From: Dehalococcoidia bacterium
GTDB taxonomy: Bacteria > Chloroflexota > Dehalococcoidia > UBA2979
Reading direction: 5' to 3'
NCBI GenBank assembly: GCA_965262725.1
Contig: OZ253555.1
Location: 1,477,256 to 1,541,255 of the forward strand
Length of the DNA stretch: 64,000 bases
The notes below the pieces were generated by a model. It saw only the letters and a program-made list of their open reading frames with translations. It searched no databases and was not told where the DNA came from. The position numbers and the translations under genes are program-made. Within the stretch, counting starts at the first letter, position 1. The number at the start of each line of letters is the position of its first letter. This document shows positions 1-12,916 of the stretch, one piece after another.

Positions 1-77
1 CCCCGCGCGACGAGTTCGTACGCGAGGTTGCGCGAGATGCGCAGTAGCGCGGCCGCCTCTCGCACAGTCAACAGCAT
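1..77 (-). CDS. Partial HTH DNA-binding protein, excisionase/AlpA/MerR-like (HTH_17 type). Only the N-terminus is in the window; the gene continues beyond position 1.
   Basis: Minus-strand ATG at 77..75. The translation MLLTVREAALLRISRNLAYELVAR... is the classic excisionase-family helix-turn-helix. The ORF runs off the window edge. Confidence 0.5.
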   Translation of the reverse strand, partial: MLLTVREAAALLRISRNLAYELVAR

Positions 78-913
78 GGCGTCCTCAGGCACGGGCCTCC
101 TCCCTTCCGGATGAGATCGTCGTGTCAAGCCCCGCCGTGTGGAACCGGAGGGCGGTGCCCGTCCGACGGCCATGCTCATCTGGCTCGACGTGTGGCGATT
201 GCCAGATCGGTCCCAGCAGTCCCGCCGCAACCGGTGTGCCCTGCCCGAACCGCCATTCGGCGGTGAGGCGCAGCGGCAGGCGGGTCAGTGACCCGCGCTC
301 GGCACGGCGAGCGGCGCGTGCGACGTGCTCCTCGGCGCGGTCGTCGGCGCAGACGAAGAGCAGCACCGGCTCAGCGTCGAAGTCCTGCCGCCACGCCCCG
401 GCCGCGAAGTAGCGCCGGTATCCACCGAACCGACGGGCTGAAGCGCGCGCTCCGGCACTTCGGGGCGCGCTTCGGCAACGGGCTCGGGGCCGCGCCGGCC
501 GGCAAATTCCCGGGCGGAGCCGGGGCCGCGCCCGGCGAACTGCGCCGCCGCGTGCTTCAGATCGCGGCCGGAGCCGGCGCCGACGAGGAATGCACGCGCG
601 AATGGATCGCGCGGCGCTACGGCTGCTCGCTCGACGAGCTCGACGGCCGCCGGCTGCTCGCCGCGGTGGACGCGCTCTCGCGCGGACTGCATCGCCGCAA
701 CGGGACCCGGGCGGCCTGAACCGATGGACTACCGCCCCAGCCGCGTCATCGAGACGCGCCACGGACGATACGACGTCGCCCGGATCCCGCTGCCCGAGTG
801 CCCGATCCCAGGCTTCCGGGCCTGCCTCATCCAGGCCGTCGACGCCGATCGCCCCCAGGCGCGGGCGATCCGACTCACGCTCTACGAGCGTCTCGACCCG
901 CGCCCTCGTGGGG

Positions 914-1822
914 ATGCTCCCGGTGCGGCGTAGGCAGCCGGGCGGCCGGACCGACCCCTACCAGGAGATCACCGGCCGCATCATCACCGCGCTTGCGCGC
1001 GGCACCGTGCCATGGCGCACGCCGTGGCGCGCCCGCGGGCACAGGAACGCCCGCTCCAACCGCCCCTACCGCGGCATCAACACGCTGGTCCTCCAGATGA
1101 CCGCGCTCGAGCGCGGCTGGAGCGACCCGCGCTGGCTCACCTACCGCCAGGCCGAGGCCGCGGGCGGGCACGTGCGCCGCGGCGAGCACGGCACGCGCGT
1201 CGTGCTCTGGAAGTGGACCGAGCGGAGGGACCCGGAGGACCCCGAGCGGGTGGAGCGTTTCCCGCTGATTCGCCTCTACGCCGTCTTCAACGTCGACCAG
1301 TGCGAGGGCGTGACGCTGCCCGCACGGGTGGACGGCGGCTGTCCAGATCCGCTGGAACGCGCGGAGGCGGTGATCGCAGGCTACCGGGACCCACCGACGC
1401 TCCACTGGGACGCCGAGGGCGCCTACTACGTCCCCGAGCGGGACGAGGTGCACGTGCCGCCGCGCGCAGCCTTCAGCGACGCGCACGGCTACTACGCGAC
1501 GCTCTTCCACGAACTCGCCCACTCCACCGGTCACCCCAGCCGCCTCGCGCGCGAGGGCTACCGGACCGCCGCCCGCTTCGGCTCCGAGCGCTACTCGCAG
1601 GAGGAGCTGGTGGCGGAGTTCGCGGCCGCCTTCCTCGGGAGCGAGGCCGGGATCGACCCCTCAAGGGTCGATCAGTCCGCCGCCTACATCGCCTCGTGGC
1701 TGCGCGTGCTCGACGACGACAGGCGCCTGGTCGTGGTCGCCGCCGCACAGGGACAGCGCGCCGCCGATCACATCCTCGGGCGAAGTCCCGAGACGCCGGA
1801 GCCGCCGGAAGCGGCGGCCTGA
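914..1822 (+). CDS. ardC: ArdC-like antirestriction protein: N-terminal ssDNA-binding domain plus C-terminal HExxH zinc-metalloprotease domain.
   Basis: Within ORF 590..1822; ATG at 914 lies just before the conserved DPYQEITGRIITALARGTVPW start of ArdC_N. Also seen: RGINTLVL, YRQAEAAGGHVRRGE, and the metalloprotease motif FHELAHSTGH (HExxH). The upstream 108 codons of the listed ORF are Arg/Pro-rich and probably not coding. Confidence 0.8.
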   Translation: MLPVRRRQPGGRTDPYQEITGRIITALARGTVPWRTPWRARGHRNARSNRPYRGINTLVLQMTALERGWSDPRWLTYRQAEAAGGHVRRGEHGTRVVLWKWTERRDPEDPERVERFPLIRLYAVFNVDQCEGVTLPARVDGGCPDPLERAEAVIAGYRDPPTLHWDAEGAYYVPERDEVHVPPRAAFSDAHGYYATLFHELAHSTGHPSRLAREGYRTAARFGSERYSQEELVAEFAAAFLGSEAGIDPSRVDQSAAYIASWLRVLDDDRRLVVVAAAQGQRAADHILGRSPETPEPPEAAA

Positions 1823-1947
1823 CCCACGCGGGGCCGGGGAGCGCACGGCGGGGCGGCGCATGGCGCACACCGCGGGAGATCACGCCGGACCGCCGCCCCG
1901 GTCCGGCCTCGCCATCCACGACAGCACCGAGAGAGAAGGAGAACCTG

Positions 1948-2265
1948 ATGCCACGACGGATCATCTGCTGGGAGATCACCGACGCGTTCTCGAAGTTCGG
2001 CTTCGACGACGGCGATGGTCCCAACTTCACCGACGAGGTCGCCGCCGCCATCGAGGCGGCCGGCCCCTACCGCTGCCGCACCCAGATCTGGGGGCTCCAC
2101 AACTACGGGATCGAAACCATCGAGGAGGAGGTCGCGCCGGAGGAGTGGGTGCGCGTTGCCGAGTTCGACGGCTACGAGCTGCCGCCCTGGGAGAGCCTCC
2201 CGGGTCCCGTGCGCGACGCGCTCGTCGCCCTCAACGACGGCGAGTCGCCCGCGTGGCGGCTCTGA
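1948..2265 (+). CDS. Hypothetical small acidic protein (105 aa).
   Basis: ATG at 1948 is preceded by a strong SD (GAAGGAG, 1935-1941). Amino-acid composition is diverse (MPRRIICWEITDAFSKFGFDDGDG...). No homolog recognised. Confidence 0.6.
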   Translation: MPRRIICWEITDAFSKFGFDDGDGPNFTDEVAAAIEAAGPYRCRTQIWGLHNYGIETIEEEVAPEEWVRVAEFDGYELPPWESLPGPVRDALVALNDGESPAWRL

Positions 2266-2272
2266 GCGATTC

Positions 2273-2323
2273 GCGTGCGGACGTGGCCGGACAGGCAGTA
2301 CCTGTCCGGCCACGTCCGCACGC
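2273..2323. terminator. Perfect 23-bp stem / 5-nt loop hairpin just after the stop codon at 2265; a factor-independent terminator-like structure (no U-tract, as is common in high-GC genomes).
   Basis: gcgtgcggacgtggccggacagg-cagta-cctgtccggccacgtccgcacgc, read directly from the sequence. Confidence 0.5.
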
Positions 2324-2594
2324 GATCCGGCCCCTTGCGACTGGTCCAAGGGGAAGGACGCGCAGGCGATAGAGCTCCGCGCCGGTCGCGATGACGTGGG
2401 CGTGCAAGGTGGGCGGGTCAACGACCTCGGCGGCGATCCGGGTATCTGAGAGGGTCTGATCCGACTCCGGGGCGGGAGCATTCATAGCGACCGGCGGCCG
2501 TTGCTAACAGTCGGTGAGTCGTCAGGCGAGCTACGACAGCCTCTCGAGCGCCTTGAACCTCGCGATCCCCCGCTAAGGCCGGCAACGGCCGAGC

Positions 2595-3479
2595 CTAGTC
2601 GCCGTAGGAGTCACGCGCCGTGCGAATCAGGTCTGTAAGCTCGTCACTACGCTCTTCCAGATCGTCGTCCGTGACACGCATTCGGTAGTGGTTCCAGCGT
2701 GTGTCATACGGAAGCATTTCCAAACCAGACTCTTCGAGGCGCTCCGTGAGTTCGTCGGAGCGGGGGATCTTGAACTCGGCGATCACGTGCTTTCGGCGCG
2801 GCCGAAACAGGATGAAGTTTCGTGCGACGCCGTGGCTCGCTAGCCCTACGTAGTGCTTGTTGTACTTCGGCTGGAGGTCAGGTTCGATACGCTGGATCAT
2901 CCCGGAGAATTCATCCACCAGTCGAACCGACTCGCGCGACGCTCGCCCCTCCCAGTAGGCCCGGTCGACCGTCTCCCCCTCCTCGTCCTCAGGCATTCCT
3001 AAGGCCCTGACATCGACCACTCGCGTAAACACTAGCGTGAAGGCGCCATTGACCTCGATGCCCTCCACCTGAATCGCCACGAGCGGGATGAAGCCGTTGA
3101 ACAGACTGATCACGTTGAGGAAACGGCTCGTCACGTCCTCCGCGACGAGCACCGCCACGTGGTCGTACTGAGGGTAGCGACGCTTCTCGATGTCCCAGTA
3201 CTCGATCGTGCGGACGATGTGCGACTCGTCGGTCGCGCCGAGCTGGAGCTCGACCTCATAGCGTGTGAGCGTCTCAGGGTCCGACAGCAACAGATCGAGA
3301 CGCCCAGCCCGCGGCTGGCGCCGCTCGCTGTCCCTCACCGCCAGATCGCCCAGCCCCAAGAGCGTCGGGTCGTCGATGAGCCGCTTGTGCAGCCATCGCT
3401 CATTGAGCTCCGGGTGGCCGCTCAGGCTCACACGCTTCGGCTTGTGGAACTCCATCTCGGCCCCCGAACCGCCAGCCAT
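2595..3479 (-). CDS. Hypothetical protein with an N-terminal PD-(D/E)xK-like nuclease-fold signature (ExQ variant).
   Basis: 294-aa ORF with diverse composition. GRLDLLLSD...RYEVELQLG resembles the D...(D/E)xK core of restriction-endonuclease-like folds, with Q in place of K. It lies downstream of hsdR on the same strand. Confidence 0.6.
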   Translation of the reverse strand: MAGGSGAEMEFHKPKRVSLSGHPELNERWLHKRLIDDPTLLGLGDLAVRDSERRQPRAGRLDLLLSDPETLTRYEVELQLGATDESHIVRTIEYWDIEKRRYPQYDHVAVLVAEDVTSRFLNVISLFNGFIPLVAIQVEGIEVNGAFTLVFTRVVDVRALGMPEDEEGETVDRAYWEGRASRESVRLVDEFSGMIQRIEPDLQPKYNKHYVGLASHGVARNFILFRPRRKHVIAEFKIPRSDELTERLEESGLEMLPYDTRWNHYRMRVTDDDLEERSDELTDLIRTARDSYGD

Positions 3480-4143
3480 GCCGTATCAGCATCCGTGGCG
3501 ACCCGCCCAAGGCGCAAGCAGATCCTCACTCTGGACCGCCGCCTGGAGTGTCGCCGAGTTGGTAGGTCTGTCTTCGTTAACGTAGAGGGCGCCGGTGATG
3601 ATGCTGCAATCCCATTCTGTCGGGCGTTGCCGTCGGCAGCCCCGGCGCCGCGCTGACGTCCAGCCGTCTCGCGCACATACTCTAGTCGGGCGCGGTCGCA
3701 TCGAGAGCCGGCGCACCGTCCGCGGAGGCCTGAAGGGATGACGGGCGCGCTCAGGAGCGCCCTGTTGTACGCCGCGGAGCCGTAGGGGCGGACGTCCCGC
3801 GGCGGGAGGGGCCGACGACTGCGAGGCGCACCCGGCGCCACGCGCCGCGGCCGGTGAGTGCCGCCCACGCCTGCGAGGGCGAGTCAGGTTCGGAATCGCG
3901 ACCCTCCGTCACCTGCGTGGTCGCCGGGTTGGTCAGCGCGATCGTGACTCTCGTGCCGTCGTTGTCGGTAACGGTGACCGCCGCGGAGCCGGGCGTCCCT
4001 CCCGCGCCGTGTCCGGGTCGCGTTCCAGCCACACGCCCCCGTCCGAGGTCGTGATTCGCCCCATGCCGCGGGGCTTGACCAACTGATCGAGTGCGATGGT
4101 CAGGTTCGCCGAATCGGGGTGTTCGGGTGCGGGAGATGGGATC

Positions 4144-7281
<3,138 letters not shown>

Positions 7282-7356
7282 TCCCGCCGCCTGACGCTCG
7301 CGACCAGGGTCTGCGCGCGATCAAGCACACTCAGGATCCGCATCACGGTCTCAGAC

Positions 7357-8349
7357 TTACTCGTCGCGACCTGTGTCGCGGTGGGTCACGCGTATCTCAC
7401 CTGACATGATGCGCGGTAGCACCAAGTCCCGACCACCGGCCAACGTGCGCGAGAGTTCCGAACTCGAATCTGACGATGCATAGAGGGGATCGGCTAGGTT
7501 CGCGAAACCAAGGAGTACAGACTCAGGTGGGACCACCACTGGTTGTGTCTTGAGATCCCGCTGGGTTATCAGTGGCTGAGTTGAACCGCGGTTCAAGTTA
7601 GACAGGTCCATTTCGCGGACGACTCCAAAGAGCCAGGCGAACTCGGGGTTGCCTCTGGGAATGATGACTAGCGTGTTATCTGACGGCCACACAGGGAAGT
7701 TGACACGGTGTACGACCCCGAGAGTGCCGACGCGTCCCGTGATTATGATGGGGAAGTCAAAGCGCGCGTCCGTGGTGTACGCCATTGCTCCCGCGCCCCC
7801 GAAGACAGGGACGTCGGCCTCGACCCCAGGGCACGAATGCCGTTGCTCCGGTCGCTTCCCACTGAAGATGTCAGCCACGTCGCCCAGCGTTTTCGCCTCC
7901 CACCCCGCCGGTATCTCCCCCAGCTCTGATGTCTCGAACGATGCGGGGAACAGCGCGTCGAGGTTGGGAAGGAGGCCCGAGGACCGACCCTCGGCCTTCG
8001 CGCGCACTGGGTCGAAGTCCACGAACCACGACCGAAACAGCGACCGCGCCATCTCTTCGAGGGTCTCGCTCATGCGCCGGTTCATCTCGATCCGGTCGTC
8101 GAGCGCGCCGAGCACGCGCGCGATGGCGCGCTGCTCGGCGAGGGGCGGGAGGGGGAGTTCGACGAGGCCGATGTCCGCCTTCCTCAGTCCGAATCGGGTC
8201 ACACCGTTCGCGTATGCGTGAAACTGCTGCTGTACTCCTCGTGTCTTGAGCGTATAGAAGAGATATGTGCCGTCGATCTCCCGCTTGGCGCGGAGGATCG
8301 CGAGATGGTAGCCACACAGGAGGTTCGGGAGATTCTCCCGTACCAGTGC
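7357..8349 (-). pseudogene. hsdS: hsdS 3' fragment (conserved central region, second target-recognition domain and C-terminus). Separated from its 5' part by an IS5-family insertion.
   Basis: The 7357..8202 track ORF extends in-frame up to a stop at 8482-8484. From codon A(8349-8347) onward it reads LVRENLPNLLCGYHLAILRAKREIDGTYLFYTLKT...GLVELPLPPLAEQRAIARVLGALDDRIE, the canonical HsdS TRD end plus conserved spacer. Sequence 8350-8481 in the same frame is IS-derived read-through. Confidence 0.85.
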
Positions 8350-9565
8350 TGGAACCCCTATGTCGTCATGCGCCTCCGAGTCCTTAGGGCAAGTCTGGAC
8401 AAGTGGGTCTGGCGGCGCAAAACGGGCGCGAGGAGCGCTTCTCGCGGGCGGGTTCGATGAAGTGAGCCATGTTCGGCCCTCTCAGGGCCCCTGCGGCTTC
8501 CCGTCCTCGCCTCTCTGGGGCGAGGTGGGCACACTCCACCCACGGTCAGGCACAGTGCGGCTTTGCGGTGAGCAGATTATGGACCCCCAGCAAGACCGCA
8601 CACCGCTCGTGGTTCTTGAAGAGGCCCCGGTACCGCACCTTGGCGTAGTCGAAGCGCCGCTTCACCGTATAGAACGGGTGCTCCACCAGCGCCCGCGCCG
8701 ACGCCTTCCGTTTCTCCTCGACGGCCTCAGGACTCTCCGGGTCGAGCTGACGCCGTAGGCCCGGGCGCATCGCCACGTTCCAGTTGTCGACCCCCGAGTC
8801 CGCGTTCTCGGGTCGCTTGTCCACGCCCCGGTATCCGGCATCGCCGTAGACTTCGGCTTCCTCGCCGTGCAGCAGACGGTACGTCTCCGACACGTCCGAC
8901 ACGTTCGCAGGCGTCGTCGTGAAGCTGTGGACCAGGCCCGTGTCCCTGTCCGCGCCGATGTGCAGCTTCATCCCGAAATACCACTGGTTGCCCTTCTTGG
9001 TCTGATGCATCTCGGGGTCCCGCGCCCGCTCGCGATTCTGCGTCGACGACGGCGCCGAGATGATGGTCGCGTCCACGATGCTGCCCTCGCTCAGCTTCAA
9101 TCCCTCGCTCGCAAGGTGCTCGTTGATGAGCTCGAAGATCCTGCTCCCCAGGGAGTGGCGCTCGAGCAGGTGACGGAATGTGAGGATGGTCGTCTCGTCG
9201 GGGATCGGCCCGCGCAGGGTGAGGTGGCAGAAGGCTCGCACCGACTCGGCCTCGTGGAGGAGGTCCTCCGTGCCGGGGTCGCTGAGGTTGTAGCAGAGCT
9301 GCACGATGTGGATGCGCAGCATCACGGAGAGAGGGTAGGGCCTCCGCCCGCGGCCGGGTTTCGGGTAGTGGGGCCCGATGGCTGCTTCGAACCTCTCCCA
9401 CGGGACGAGGCCGTCCAGCCGCTCGAGGAACTTCTGGCGGCGCGTCGTGTAGCCATCCTGCTCGAACTCGACCCTGGCGAATGTGGGCTGATGCATGGCA
9501 CGCTCCCATCCCTGTTACGCGTCAGGATCTCACCTGATCAGCAGAGTGCGCAATACTCTGCTGTC
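8350..9565 (-). mobile_element. IS5-family (IS5-group) insertion sequence, 1216 bp, inserted into hsdS with a 4-bp target duplication GTGC (8346-8349 and 9566-9569).
   Basis: Joining the flanks after removing one GTGC copy restores an uninterrupted HsdS reading ...GDVIITKGALGKLA|LVRENLP... The transposase ATG lies 70 nt from the right end, as in IS5. No clear terminal inverted repeats could be found by eye. Confidence 0.8.
8546..9496 (-). CDS. IS5-family DDE transposase (InsH-like), 316 aa.
   Basis: RRPYPLSVMLRIHIVQLCYNLSD, DATIISAPSSTQN, KKGNQWYFGMKLHIGADRDTGLVHSFTTTPANVSD and C-terminal KRRFDYAKVRYRGLFKN parallel IS5 InsH. Confidence 0.9.
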   Translation of the reverse strand: MHQPTFARVEFEQDGYTTRRQKFLERLDGLVPWERFEAAIGPHYPKPGRGRRPYPLSVMLRIHIVQLCYNLSDPGTEDLLHEAESVRAFCHLTLRGPIPDETTILTFRHLLERHSLGSRIFELINEHLASEGLKLSEGSIVDATIISAPSSTQNRERARDPEMHQTKKGNQWYFGMKLHIGADRDTGLVHSFTTTPANVSDVSETYRLLHGEEAEVYGDAGYRGVDKRPENADSGVDNWNVAMRPGLRRQLDPESPEAVEEKRKASARALVEHPFYTVKRRFDYAKVRYRGLFKNHERCAVLLGVHNLLTAKPHCA

Positions 9566-10130
9566 GTGCCAACTTTCCCAGAGCTCCCTTAGTGATGATC
9601 ACATCGCCCTCGTAGAGAGAGCACCTGCTGATCTCGCGATCGGTAGCGGTCGCGGGCATGAAGGCCATGTCCGCATAGATGAAGTCGTAGTTATACACGT
9701 CCGTGTAGTTGCAGAGCAGAACCGGACGCTCGCCGGCCTTCGACTTCTTGTCGACACTGCTGAGCGTGAGTTCCACGACCTCGCCGAGAGCCACCGCCGG
9801 CCACTCAGCGTCCCGTGGAGCTTCCTGCATCACTACGCAGTCCGACTCGATCGCCTCACGGAAGCCGTCCGCGATGGAGTGCCAGTCGACCACGTCCACC
9901 CGCATGGGCAGCCGGGACTCTTCGAAGGCCTCCTTGAGCCGAGCGAGAGCCCCGCGTGGTAGCGGCCCCTCACCGACGACGGCCAGGTCGAGGTCCGAGT
10001 AGTCCTTCGCGTTCCAGATCGCCCGGGATCCGAATGCTCGCACCTCGCACGCCGGCACATGCTCGGCCAGGATGCGCGCGACGATCGCCAGATCGGGGGG
10101 GCTGAGGTCAACCGAGACCTTCACTCCCAC
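9522..10130 (-). CDS. Minimal nucleotidyltransferase (MNT/MntA-like antitoxin, aa 1-100) reading in-frame, without a stop, into the hsdS 5' fragment (HsdS aa 1-88; first TRD N-terminus), then into IS-derived sequence up to the stop at 9522.
   Basis: NTase motif AFGSRAIWNAKDYSDLDLAVVGEG. From M101 (ATG 9830-9828) it reads MQEAPRDAEWPAVALGEVVEL...GDVIITKGALGKLA, a typical HsdS N-terminus with the GDxLxxxxGxxGK TRD motif. The HsdS part ends at 9567; codons 9566-9525 come from the IS. Confidence 0.7.
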   Translation of the reverse strand: MGVKVSVDLSPPDLAIVARILAEHVPACEVRAFGSRAIWNAKDYSDLDLAVVGEGPLPRGALARLKEAFEESRLPMRVDVVDWHSIADGFREAIESDCVVMQEAPRDAEWPAVALGEVVELTLSSVDKKSKAGERPVLLCNYTDVYNYDFIYADMAFMPATATDREISRCSLYEGDVIITKGALGKLARQQSIAHSADQVRS

Positions 10131-10543
10131 GCCTCTCCGGTAAGAGCCCCGTGGAGCTGGACGGCGTCCGACACGAACTCCGGCATGACCGCGATGGCAT
10201 TCGCCGCCTTCGCCCTGTCGTAGTCATGGGTCGTGTCGATCCGTGTCTGGATGTAGCGCTCCCACTGCCGACCCCCGGCCGCCAGGAGACCGTTCTCGTC
10301 AGCCATCCGGAAGACAGGCCTAGGGCTGTTGGGAACCTCGACGATGCCGAGCGACTCGACCAGATGGCGCCGGAGCACCTTCCACAGCACGTCGTAGCAA
10401 GTCTCGAAGCGCTGAATCACCGACTCGGCCATGGCCTCGTGGACGAACGACGGATAGTCCGGCGACAGATGCAGCAGGTGCGCGTGCTGCATCTCCAGGT
10501 TCTTCAGTGACTTCCGGAAGTTTCCGTAGTCGATCGCCATCTT
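10121..10543 (-). CDS. HEPN-domain protein (nucleotidyltransferase substrate-binding / HepT-like toxin family), partner of the downstream MNT.
   Basis: Rx4HxY HEPN motif RIDTTHDYD. Overlaps the MNT start by 10 nt, a typical toxin-antitoxin operon arrangement. Likely start is the ATG at 10543 (MAIDYGNF...); the track ORF begins 13 codons further upstream. Confidence 0.7.
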   Translation of the reverse strand, partial: KMAIDYGNFRKSLKNLEMQHAHLLHLSPDYPSFVHEAMAESVIQRFETCYDVLWKVLRRHLVESLGIVEVPNSPRPVFRMADENGLLAAGGRQWERYIQTRIDTTHDYDRAKAANAIAVMPEFVSDAVQLHGALTGEAWE

Positions 10544-10627
10544 GTTTGCGCCGCCTCTGGTCCGATCCGCCTCGACCGCCATTCTAGGACCCGGAGCGCG
10601 GGGCGGTGATGACGCGGCCCCTCCGTA

Positions 10628-12225
<1,598 letters not shown>

Positions 12226-12229
<4 letters not shown>

Positions 12230-12462
12230 CGCACCTCACCGCCCTCGGCGCGCCACTTCGCCACCTCATGTCTGGCGCTCTTGCCCCCGGGGCCGTAGCC
12301 GTACCTAATCAGGAACTCAGGAACGCCGCCATACTCGATCGAGATGACGGCGGACTCAGCGGTCTTGTCGTGGCCGGGCAGGAAGAAGGAGCCGATCGTC
12401 GTCTCGGCACCGCAACCGCACCAACACTCACCAGTCGGCAGCAGGCGTTCTGATGAGGCCAC
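12226..12462 (-). CDS. Small Cys-rich hypothetical protein (78 aa), translationally coupled to hsdM (ATGA overlap).
   Basis: [22 protein letters not shown] looks like a zinc-ribbon-like cluster. The stop overlaps the hsdM start by 4 nt. Confidence 0.5.
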
Positions 12463-12916
12463 TCGGGTTGTCTCCTCCGGGAAAGGTCTGCCTCAGCAGT
12501 CTTGGACGATGCCCAAGGATATGCTTCTGGATCAGGGTCGTCCAAGGCAGCGAGCGATCGTGTGCGGGCCGGTCGCGGTCGTCGTCGAGGTCGCGGCGCA
12601 GCGCCTGATGAGCACGCTTGAAGCCAGCCGTGAAGCATCCCTCGGCCGTCAACACCCGATGGGCGGCTCACTCCCGGCAACGGGAAACCTGACCGCCCAC
12701 GCCGCAGTCCGACGCGTCCCGCCCCATGGCGGATCGATGCTCGGCGCACCGCCGCGGAGCTTGCTCGCATGTCGGTCGATGTGATCAGCTGCGCTCAAGA
12801 AGACGCGAACGACGCACCGCCGCGGCGCGCCCCCCGGCAGGTGGCGAGATTCTCGCCACCCCCCTCGACGGCCTGCTAGCATCAGCGCCTGCTCGACATC
12901 CCCCCGGGAGGCGGCG

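Noticed and set aside
85-762. Overlapping ORFs at the left end: 85..762(-), 288..719(+), 724..933(+).
   Set aside because: Each has a protein-like portion (minus: ...PVLLFVCADDRAEEHVARAA...; plus: ...WIARRYGCSLDELDGRRLLAAVDALSRGL) but long Arg-rich extensions. They are mutually exclusive, and I cannot decide which (if any) is real without homology searches.
8383-9598. Candidate ~24-bp imperfect inverted repeats (8383-8406 vs 9575-9598) as IS5 ends.
   Set aside because: The right-hand copy overlaps HsdS-coding sequence (GDVIITKGALGKLA). The GTGC-duplication boundaries 8350/9565 restore HsdS perfectly, so the similarity is judged fortuitous.
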